From positions 1 through 64,000 of the forward strand of contig JBMYOQ010000014.1 in NCBI GenBank assembly GCA_049599475.1: a stretch of DNA of 64,000 bases, given 5' to 3'. The notes under the pieces are model-generated. The model was given only the letters and a program-made list of their open reading frames with translations, was not told the DNA's origin and did not search any database. This document shows, piece after piece, positions 36,245 through 44,200 of this stretch. The stretch is from Opitutales bacterium (lineage in GTDB: Bacteria; Verrucomicrobiota; Verrucomicrobiia; Opitutales; JABSRG01). Position 1 is the stretch's first letter. The number at the start of each line of letters is the position of its first letter. A program made the translations under genes and the position numbers.

Positions 36245-38781
36245 GAAATATCGGGGCTGAGTTCTTTCGCGAGGACGCCTTGAAGGCCTTCTTTGCGGAT
36301 GTTTTGAATTTCGATTCCTGGGCGGGCATTGATCTCAATGACAACGGGGCCGTATTCTTCGTCGATACAGATGTCGACACCTGCATAGGCGAGGGGAACG
36401 GCGCGCTGTGCCTGGCCGGCAACTGCAAGCACGCGCGACCAGCCAGGGATTCGGAAGCCCGTGACTTTAGCTCCGCTATCTGGGTGAGTGTCTGTGGGCT
36501 TACCATTGTGTTGGGCGCGGCCGCAGACACCCGTCTCCAAATCGACATCTACTCCGATTGCGCCTTGGTGTAGGTTGGATTTGCCGCCGGATTGAGCCGT
36601 CGGGAGGCGCAGCATGGCGGCCACTGGTTTTTGATTTAAAATGATGACGCGCACGTCCGGGACTCCCTTGGGGACAAGGCTATTGAAAATGGTGGTCGGC
36701 GTCATCAAAGCCTCGACGAGAACGGCATCGTTTTCTCCGCTCTTGGAGTAGGTGCCGAGGGTGATTTCCCGCATATTATGCGCGATATCCTTTAGGCTCC
36801 AGGGTTGACCGGACGATTGGAAAAAAGTGTCGCCTTCGCGCCGGACAAGGAGAGTGATGCCGTTACCTTGGGAGCCTTTGGCTGGCTTAATTACCATGGA
36901 CTGGATGCCTTTAGTCAGTTCCTCTACTTCGTCAATTTGGCGGAAATCGGTGACTGTGAACAGGGTCGCGGGGCAGGGGACTTTATGTTCTTCAAAGGCT
37001 TTTTTTGAGGCAATTTTATCGTTGGCCATTTGAATCGCAGAGCGCGTGTTGAGCTCTTGGACAATCTCGCGGTTGCGCATATTGATGCCGAGTATCGAGC
37101 TTTCCGCGTTGAAATCGGGTTCATCTTTGCGCGCTCGAATGAGGTTTCGGAAGCGGAAATACTCCGATAGGCGTAGTGCGACCCAGCAGCCGACCCAGAC
37201 CTGCAGCACAAACACGAGGGCAATGAGTTCGGGAAATGTCCCGAAGAGACCGCGCAGCAGAGATGAATCGTAAACGATGTAACAGAGTAGAATGAGGACG
37301 AGGGACCAGATGGAATTTCGGATCAGGGTAGTCCAGTCGCGATCATCGATCAGAGAACTCATCCGATTGGCGGTGAAGGACAGGATGACCACAGGAAATA
37401 CAGCCAGGACGTTGATATCTGCGTAGAGGCTCAGTTCCTTCCAAGACAGCAGACCTAGCATGATGATGGTAATCAGTGTGATCACGGCCGCCATTTTTGA
37501 GATGTTGTGCATCCGTAAACGCTCAAGAAGTAGATGGAAAACGGTCGCTAGAAAAATGACTACGGCGAAGATTACCATGCCGCTGGCAAGTCCGGTGTAG
37601 CGGCAGGCGCCGGCGATGAGCATGGGCATGAAGACGCCAAAGGTTTGGAAGCCGAGAATGTTTCTGAAAAATGCGGTGATCAGGGCGGCCAGCGGAAACA
37701 TCAAAAACAGGCCGGAAGTCTGCCGGTCGAGTCCCAAGCCGTGAAGGAAACTCACGAGATTGAATGAATCTGTCGCTGTGACCTCTGGATTTTCGTTTTC
37801 GTGTCGCGGGGTCAGAAAGCGTGAACCGATACGCGACTCGATTACGATAACTCCGGCGATCGACTCGGTGCTGGAACCAGAAATGGATGCGTCTCGCTTG
37901 CGCAAAAAGGTATCCGGGATCTCTGCGAAATGATTGAAGCGCAGGCAGAATGGCACCCAGTGATCTTGGATTAACACTTCGTTCCAGTAGTGTTCCCGCA
38001 ATTCCGCGGTGTTTAGCAGGTAGCCGTTGGCCACGCGGCAGGGCAGACCTTTGGCACGGACGAGCGCCGCCATCGCGTAGGCATGGTCAGCGGCATTGCC
38101 TCCGCTGAGTGCAAGGGCGGTTGCGCTGTCGGTGGTGGCCGCGAGGGCGTTATACTCCAATTCGGCGCGAAGCGTATCGAAGGTAGCGCGGAGAAAATCG
38201 TAAATGCTCTGGCTCTGTGAAAAGGGCTCTTTGGCGAGCCATTCGCTGACCGTTGGGTCTTCGACGCGGATGAATGGTGTCGAGCCGATGTCGGCAGGGT
38301 TGATGGCTGGGTTTGGGCCGCTTGTCAGGGTGAGTGCAGGATCGATTTCATAACGCAGGGCAGATGTTGAGAAGCGTGCGCTGTAGCCAATTTTACGCAG
38401 TCCGGTCGGATTTATGGCTTCCCAGGTTCCCTGTAGGCCTTGGCTTGTGTCCTCTTGCGAATAGGCCATCGCCCCGGTGATGATGTCCAAGTGGTCGATC
38501 CGCTGATTGTCAGCGTTTTCGGGTAGAAAGGTTTTTACCTGAATGTCGCCGCCTTGTCCGTCTAGAACCAAGGTATATTCAAGCTCATAGACTGTTTCGG
38601 GGATGATATCTACCAGGAGCGCGGGCTCTTCGTAAATCCGATACGCGACGAGGGAAATGACAGCGATTGCCAAGCAGATGACTGTGGTGTGCAGTAGCTT
38701 GACGGTGGGCAATGGGCTTTTTGAAGGAGTCGGCTTCGCGGGCGAATCGGGTGCCTCCGGAGAGTCTTCGGTCACTTTCAC
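36241..38781 (-). CDS. Fusion: transglutaminase-like (probably inactive) domain, 7TM domain and RimK-related ATP-grasp (alpha-L-glutamate ligase-like) domain
   Basis: AALVRAKGLPCR...HYWNEV transglutaminase fold; RNILGFQTFGVFMP, FPVVIL and LRLSEYFRF of 7TM_transglut; ILGINMRN, VIKPAKGSQGNGI, PDVRVI, MLRLPT, NLHQG and EINARPG of the PA1766-like ligase family. Confidence 0.88.
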   Translation of the reverse strand: MKVTEDSPEAPDSPAKPTPSKSPLPTVKLLHTTVICLAIAVISLVAYRIYEEPALLVDIIPETVYELEYTLVLDGQGGDIQVKTFLPENADNQRIDHLDIITGAMAYSQEDTSQGLQGTWEAINPTGLRKIGYSARFSTSALRYEIDPALTLTSGPNPAINPADIGSTPFIRVEDPTVSEWLAKEPFSQSQSIYDFLRATFDTLRAELEYNALAATTDSATALALSGGNAADHAYAMAALVRAKGLPCRVANGYLLNTAELREHYWNEVLIQDHWVPFCLRFNHFAEIPDTFLRKRDASISGSSTESIAGVIVIESRIGSRFLTPRHENENPEVTATDSFNLVSFLHGLGLDRQTSGLFLMFPLAALITAFFRNILGFQTFGVFMPMLIAGACRYTGLASGMVIFAVVIFLATVFHLLLERLRMHNISKMAAVITLITIIMLGLLSWKELSLYADINVLAVFPVVILSFTANRMSSLIDDRDWTTLIRNSIWSLVLILLCYIVYDSSLLRGLFGTFPELIALVFVLQVWVGCWVALRLSEYFRFRNLIRARKDEPDFNAESSILGINMRNREIVQELNTRSAIQMANDKIASKKAFEEHKVPCPATLFTVTDFRQIDEVEELTKGIQSMVIKPAKGSQGNGITLLVRREGDTFFQSSGQPWSLKDIAHNMREITLGTYSKSGENDAVLVEALMTPTTIFNSLVPKGVPDVRVIILNQKPVAAMLRLPTAQSGGKSNLHQGAIGVDVDLETGVCGRAQHNGKPTDTHPDSGAKVTGFRIPGWSRVLAVAGQAQRAVPLAYAGVDICIDEEYGPVVIEINARPGIEIQNIRKEGLQGVLAKELSPDIS

Positions 38782-38975
38782 ACGCGTTATATCGCCCGTG
38801 TCGGACGAGAGTGGAGCGCTAGCTTTGAGAATCCATTGTTATTAACGGTTCTTTTATCCGTAAACCCGTGTCAAAATCTTCGCTTGGGCTGTTTTCAGGT
38901 TTGCATGTTTGGCCGCAATCTCCACTGTTGAGCGCTTTTCCTTACTCTGAGGAGATCTAAATACCATATATTGAT

Positions 38976-39530
38976 ATGAAAACAGTAACGCTCAACGCAC
39001 AGAAACGAGAGGCCACAGGTCGTGGGAGCTCGCGTCGCTTGCGCAATGAGGGACAGGTTCCAGCAGTCGTTTACGGCAAGTCTGGAGTCGAAGGCCTCGC
39101 TGTCGACGCAGTAGCTTTTCGCGAACTTTACTTGGAGGTCCGCGGTACAGCGGCATTCATCGATCTAAACATCGGTGACAAGTCCGTAAAGACCATCATC
39201 AAGGATATTCAATTGGACGCACTTACACGTAAGTTCCTCCACATTGATTTCAACGAAGTCGACGATAACACAGTCATGACGGTTAACGTCCCAGTGAGAA
39301 CCACCGGCGAAGCATTCGGTGTGAAGACTGAAGGCGGCATCCTCGACGTTGCCGTGAAGAACGTAACCATCCGTTGTAAGCCGGCAGATCTCCCATCTTC
39401 TATTGATGTGGATATCACGGACCTCAAGAAGGGTGAGTTCGTACACCGCAAGCAACTTCCTGCCCTGGAGGGTGTGAAGTATGTGGGCGATCCGGCTTCC
39501 GTAATCTTGGGTGTCACTAGCGCCAGCTAA
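38976..39530 (+). CDS. rplY: 50S ribosomal protein L25 (Ctc form)
   Basis: SRRLRNEGQVPAVVYG, HIDF, GVKTEGGIL. Confidence 0.95.
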   Translation: MKTVTLNAQKREATGRGSSRRLRNEGQVPAVVYGKSGVEGLAVDAVAFRELYLEVRGTAAFIDLNIGDKSVKTIIKDIQLDALTRKFLHIDFNEVDDNTVMTVNVPVRTTGEAFGVKTEGGILDVAVKNVTIRCKPADLPSSIDVDITDLKKGEFVHRKQLPALEGVKYVGDPASVILGVTSAS

Positions 39531-39542
39531 TTTATGATTTTC

Positions 39543-39576
39543 GCAGAGCTTTGAATCTTCAGGGCTCTGCTTTTTT
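39543..39576 (+). terminator. Intrinsic terminator after rplY
   Basis: GCAGAGCTTTGAA-TC-TTCAGGGCTCTGC followed by TTTTTT. Confidence 0.75.
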
Positions 39577-39588
39577 GTTCTTTTTCAG

Positions 39589-40173
39589 ATGCATCCGGTT
39601 TGCGCGATAGTGGGCTTGGGAAATCCTGGCTCCGAGTATGCGCAAACCCGCCATAACATCGGCTTTCACATTTTGGATGCCTTGGCTGCCTCACAGAAGG
39701 CGGTATTCAAGGACGTCTCCAAATTTGAAGCGTCCGCATGTCAGGTGTCCATGGGTGAATCAAGCATTTGGCTGGTGAAGCCGCTTACTTTCATGAACCG
39801 AAGTGGGCGCTGCATTGGCCCGATGGCGCGATACTATAAGTGGCTCCCAGAGCAGATTATCGTCGTGTACGATGAGATCACGCTCGATCCAGGGAGGCTC
39901 AAGCTGGCTGTGCGCGGTAGTGCGGGCGGTCACAACGGTATTGCGGATATATTGACTCACTTGGGCAACGGATTCGTGCGATTCCGGGTCGGCATTGGAC
40001 CGAAGACGCACGCGGAGATGGATTTGGCTGATCATGTCTTGGGTAAGTTTACCGAGACAGATCAAGCGTGGGTGCAAGAACACACGCCTCATTATTTAAA
40101 CGCTCTGCAGCTGATCGTGCGGCAGGGGACTGAGGTGGCCATGAACCGTTTAAACCAAAAACCAAGCAAATGA
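39589..40173 (+). CDS. pth: Peptidyl-tRNA hydrolase
   Basis: VGLGNPG, TRHNIGF, KPLTFMNRSG, GGHNG. Confidence 0.96.
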   Translation: MHPVCAIVGLGNPGSEYAQTRHNIGFHILDALAASQKAVFKDVSKFEASACQVSMGESSIWLVKPLTFMNRSGRCIGPMARYYKWLPEQIIVVYDEITLDPGRLKLAVRGSAGGHNGIADILTHLGNGFVRFRVGIGPKTHAEMDLADHVLGKFTETDQAWVQEHTPHYLNALQLIVRQGTEVAMNRLNQKPSK

Positions 40174-40469
40174 GTCTAACTACAACCAAATACTACCGTG
40201 CATCCTTCATTTTGGATACGCGCGGACTCGAAACTTCAGCCGAAGATCTGATCGAAGAATTCGCGGGAATCTCCTCGTCGCTCGGTGCTGAAGTCACCAA
40301 GAAGGAAAACATGGGAGTCATGCCCTTCGTGCGGGTCACGGACAAGAAGTTCCCTGAAGGCACCTTCTTCCAGCTCGAGCTTAAGGCTGAGCCTACATTC
40401 CCAGCTGCCATCAAGGATAAGCTGCACCTCGACCGTCGCGTAAACCGCATCTTGATTAACAGCCTTTAA
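40170..40469 (+). CDS. rpsF: 30S ribosomal protein S6
   Basis: 99 aa, S6-like pattern, position between pth and ssb. Confidence 0.85.
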   Translation: MSLTTTKYYRASFILDTRGLETSAEDLIEEFAGISSSLGAEVTKKENMGVMPFVRVTDKKFPEGTFFQLELKAEPTFPAAIKDKLHLDRRVNRILINSL

Positions 40470-40517
40470 TCGATTTTCACGCTTGCCTCGAGCGACGAAA
40501 CAACTGAACAAATATTC

Positions 40518-40979
40518 ATGGCTTCGTTTAATAAAGTAATCCTGATGGGAAACTTGACCCGCGATCCTGAGATGCGGATGACCCCAGGCGGACTTGCAAT
40601 CGCAAAGTTCGGCCTCGCTGTGAATCGTAAATATACCACCAAGGACGGCGAATCTCGCGAAGAAGTGACTTTCGTGGATTGTGACGCTTTCGGAAAACAG
40701 GCTGAGATTATCTCTCAGTATGTGAAGAAGGGGGGTATGCTGTTCGTTGAAGGCCGCTTGAAGCTCGATCAGTGGGAATCTCAAAATGGCGAGAAGCGCA
40801 GCAAGCTCGGCGTTGTTGTGGACAACTTCCAGTTGATGCCACGTAGCGGCGATTCTTCTGGCTCGGGATCGGGAGACCGTGGATATGAGAATGTATCCCC
40901 TCCTAGCCGCAGCCAAAGCAACTCGCGCCCTGCGGCGCCTGCTCCTGTGGAAGACATCGATGACGATGTCCCATTCTGA
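40518..40979 (+). CDS. ssb: Single-stranded DNA-binding protein
   Basis: NKVILMGNLTRDPE, VEGRL, C-terminal DDDVPF. Confidence 0.97.
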   Translation: MASFNKVILMGNLTRDPEMRMTPGGLAIAKFGLAVNRKYTTKDGESREEVTFVDCDAFGKQAEIISQYVKKGGMLFVEGRLKLDQWESQNGEKRSKLGVVVDNFQLMPRSGDSSGSGSGDRGYENVSPPSRSQSNSRPAAPAPVEDIDDDVPF

Positions 40980-41019
40980 TTGAATCGAAATTTAAAATAA
41001 CAAAATAGAAAGCATACCC

Positions 41020-41514
41020 ATGTCGGTAAAAGAAGTACTCTTGCTCCAGCCTGTTGAAGGCTTGGGCGCTGAAGGTGAGCAAGTCACCGTAAAACCGGGT
41101 TACGCCCGCAACTACCTGCTTCCTCGCAAGCTTGCTATCCCTATGACACAGGCGAATCGCAAGCAGATGGAAGCTCTCCAAGCGCGTCGCGACGCCCGTG
41201 AAGCAAAGCTTCTTGGCGAAGCTCAGGAACTGGCTTCACGCGTAATCAACATCAAGCCTGTATTCGCCGTGAAGACTGGCGAAGGCGGCAAGATGTTCGG
41301 TGCGATCACTGTCGGCGATATCCTTGCTAAGCTCGAAGAGGGCGGCATGACTTTGGACAAGAAGCAAGTCTTGCTCGAGGCACCTGTTAAGGAACTCGGA
41401 AAGCACGCGGCGACTGTAAAGCTCCACACGGACGTAGTTGTTGAGCTATCTTTCGAAATCGTCTCTGAGAATCCAATCGAAGAAGGCGCGGAAGAAGAAG
41501 CTGCTGAAGCGTAA
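41020..41514 (+). CDS. rplI: 50S ribosomal protein L9
   Basis: VKPGYARNYLLP, GKMFGAIT. Confidence 0.96.
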   Translation: MSVKEVLLLQPVEGLGAEGEQVTVKPGYARNYLLPRKLAIPMTQANRKQMEALQARRDAREAKLLGEAQELASRVINIKPVFAVKTGEGGKMFGAITVGDILAKLEEGGMTLDKKQVLLEAPVKELGKHAATVKLHTDVVVELSFEIVSENPIEEGAEEEAAEA

Positions 41515-41536
41515 TATCTTTCTGGATATTTACATC

Positions 41537-41570
41537 AAAAAGGCCCAGTCGGTATGACTGGGCCTTTTTT
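41537..41570. terminator. Bidirectional intrinsic terminator
   Basis: AAAAAGGCCCAGTC-GGTAT-GACTGGGCCTTTTTT between convergent genes. Confidence 0.9.
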
Positions 41571-41613
41571 GTTTTGGGATTAAATTCGAAGCTAGGTAGC
41601 AGCGACCATCAAA

Positions 41614-42516
41614 TTACAGGGATGCTGTAAGTTCGGCTCGCGAGGCCACCTCGAAAAGTTTTACTGCTTTGTTCATCTCCTTGAGGAGAGGGACATTGTC
41701 GTCTGCGACCTGTTGGACATCGGCGAGCGTAATGGCGGCTGTTCCTTCGTTGGCAGCTTTCTCCATAGAAGGTTTGAATGCGGTCCAGAGTTCCTGGACC
41801 TTTGCTAATTGCGCATCGATTTCCGGGGTGTTGATGGAAGCGTCCAAATTCAGGGTTTCATCCCCGTTTTTGAGTCCCTGCAGTGTTTGGTCGAAAAGCT
41901 GATAGGTGCCTTTGAGATTGTTTTGGTTTTCCTCTGCGTCATGTCCCTTGGCGATGAGGACGAATTCTTTGCTCATCTTTTGGGTGAGCATGCGCTGTTT
42001 ACCTGCAAGGTTGATCGTGACAGCGAAACGAGGGTCGGTGTTGCCTTCGCCAGTGCTGTATTCTTGCTCATAAAGTTTCACTGCTTTGTTCATTTCCTTT
42101 AGCAGCGGCACATTGTTTTTGACGATCAAATTGATGGCCATTGGGTTGGCAGACTTACTGCCCGCTACTGCAGAAACGGCTTCGTAGAAAGGTTGCCAAA
42201 TCATTGAGATCTTATCGATTTGGCGAACAATCGTCTTAGATTTGGTGCCGGGGAGGCCCATTTGTTGGTTCCCGTTGAGTAGACCGTCGAGCGTTGCATC
42301 AAAAAGCAGTGCGGTTTGCGAAGCGCTTTTGTAGTAATCCGCGAAGTCTGGATTGTAGGAGGCTAGGAGTATCTCCTTGCTCATTTTTTGAGTCAACATG
42401 CGCTGTCGACCTGCGATATTGATGACGGTGCCGTAGTTAGTCTCGGCAACGAGGGTTTGTTCAAACCCGGTGAATGCAGTAATGACCGCAAATAGGGACA
42501 ATGCTATTTTTCTCAT
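41614..42516 (-). CDS. Secreted protein with two tandem PilJ/NarX-type four-helix sensor domains
   Basis: Signal peptide; INIAGRQRMLTQKMSKE and INLAGKQRMLTQKMSKE; NVPLLKEMNKAVKL twice; no second TM helix or output domain. Confidence 0.85.
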   Translation of the reverse strand: MRKIALSLFAVITAFTGFEQTLVAETNYGTVINIAGRQRMLTQKMSKEILLASYNPDFADYYKSASQTALLFDATLDGLLNGNQQMGLPGTKSKTIVRQIDKISMIWQPFYEAVSAVAGSKSANPMAINLIVKNNVPLLKEMNKAVKLYEQEYSTGEGNTDPRFAVTINLAGKQRMLTQKMSKEFVLIAKGHDAEENQNNLKGTYQLFDQTLQGLKNGDETLNLDASINTPEIDAQLAKVQELWTAFKPSMEKAANEGTAAITLADVQQVADDNVPLLKEMNKAVKLFEVASRAELTASL

Positions 42517-42737
42517 AATTTTGGCAGTGGAAATTGCGAAACGATGTTTTCAAAGTCCGTAGGTCGGTTGTCTGGGTGTGATATTGAACCCAGCTTCGGA
42601 TACACTTCGATTGAGTCGCGAAAATTTGTTGAGAACTCGTGAACAACTTTTCGTGGTCTTCTATTCCTCGATTGCCCATGCTGGTCTGTTAGCTTCATAT
42701 CCTCGATTCCTTGCGCCAAATATTTACTCCTTAACCG

Positions 42738-44174
42738 ATGTCAGCTCAGCCACCGATCAAATCATCATTCAAAAAACGGGGTCCCTCAGATGGGATGATA
42801 GATTCGCCTGAATTGGGTGGGCGCGTCCCCCCGCACGACCTCGGTGCTGAGGCGGCTCTTTTAGGAGCCTGTATTATGGATGGTGGGCGCGATACGATGA
42901 CATTATGTGTTGATGCGCGCTTGGATCCCGAAGGCTTTTACAAGCCAGGGCACCAGCTTGTTTTTTCAGCAATGCGTGAGTTGTACAGCGATGGTAAGCC
43001 CTTCGATGAGATTATCCTCGCGGAGCATCTACGCAGACAGGGCCATTTGGAGACTGTCGGGGGCTTGGTGGCGCTCAACCAACTCACCGAGAATATCGAT
43101 GGCACGATGTACGCCTCCTATTACCTGGAGATCGTGAAGGAAAAATGGTTGGTGCGGCGCCTGATTCGTACCTCAGCTAAGACCATTGAGCGCTGTTTCG
43201 AGGCCCAGGAGAGCGTGGATCAGTTTCTTGAGGAGGTAGAACAGGATGTTTTTGGAATAAGCCAGCAACGGGTCACTGAGGCTGCCAAGCATATTAAAGA
43301 ACCAATTGATGAGGTCAGCCGCCAGATCCAGATGCTTATCCAGCGAAAAGGATCTACTTACGGGGTGCGCTCGGGCTTCAAGGATATCGATGCCATGACT
43401 TTTGGTTTCCATGGCAGTCAAATGATCATTTTGGCTGCGCGCCCTTCGGTCGGTAAGACCTCCTTGGCGATGAATTTTGCGGAAAACTGTGTTTTGCCAC
43501 AGGCAAACGAAGGAGCCGAGCCGGGGGCGTGTTTGGTCTTCTCCCTGGAAATGGGGGCTGACCAATTGGCGATGCGTTTGTTGTGCTGCCGAGCTCGGGT
43601 GAATGCCAAGCGGATTCGCGATGGATTTTTGAACGAAGATGAGCAGCGCAAATTGGCGACATCGGCCAAGGAATTAAAAGGGGCGCCTCTCTATATAGAT
43701 GATTCTGGAGGACTGACCATCATGGAGATGCGGGCAAAGGCACGTCGTCTGGCGGCTCGGGTACCCTTGAAAATGATTGTGATGGACTACCTGCAGCTCG
43801 CATCCGGCTCGGATCCGAGAATGCCTCGTGAGCAGCAGATCGCGGAAATTTCCCGTGGTTTAAAGAGCATGGCTAAGGAACTTAGTGTGCCGGTGATTGT
43901 TCTCAGTCAGCTCAACCGTGAATCTGAGAAGGAAAAACGTGACCCTCGCTTATCTGACCTCCGTGAGTCTGGTTCTATCGAACAGGATGCCGACGTGGTG
44001 TTCATGCTCAGTCGCCCAAGAGGCGATGCAGAAGGTGAGAATGGGGATACAGGCCTGCCCGGAGACGTGGAGAAAATCAATTTAATCATTGCCAAACAGC
44101 GAAATGGGCCAGTAGGAGAAGTCCCTTTAACATTTGTCCGCCAGTACACTCGGTACGAGAATTTTACTGCCTAG
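42738..44174 (+). CDS. dnaB: Replicative DNA helicase
   Basis: AARPSVGKT, FSLEM, DYLQL, LSQLNR, DLRESGSIEQDAD, AKQRNGP. Confidence 0.97.
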   Translation: MSAQPPIKSSFKKRGPSDGMIDSPELGGRVPPHDLGAEAALLGACIMDGGRDTMTLCVDARLDPEGFYKPGHQLVFSAMRELYSDGKPFDEIILAEHLRRQGHLETVGGLVALNQLTENIDGTMYASYYLEIVKEKWLVRRLIRTSAKTIERCFEAQESVDQFLEEVEQDVFGISQQRVTEAAKHIKEPIDEVSRQIQMLIQRKGSTYGVRSGFKDIDAMTFGFHGSQMIILAARPSVGKTSLAMNFAENCVLPQANEGAEPGACLVFSLEMGADQLAMRLLCCRARVNAKRIRDGFLNEDEQRKLATSAKELKGAPLYIDDSGGLTIMEMRAKARRLAARVPLKMIVMDYLQLASGSDPRMPREQQIAEISRGLKSMAKELSVPVIVLSQLNRESEKEKRDPRLSDLRESGSIEQDADVVFMLSRPRGDAEGENGDTGLPGDVEKINLIIAKQRNGPVGEVPLTFVRQYTRYENFTA

Positions 44175-44200
44175 CCTCGCTGACATATCTCTTTTTTTCT

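Noticed and set aside
42738..44174. Intein in DnaB
   Set aside because: 478 aa, with contiguous helicase motifs and no insertion.
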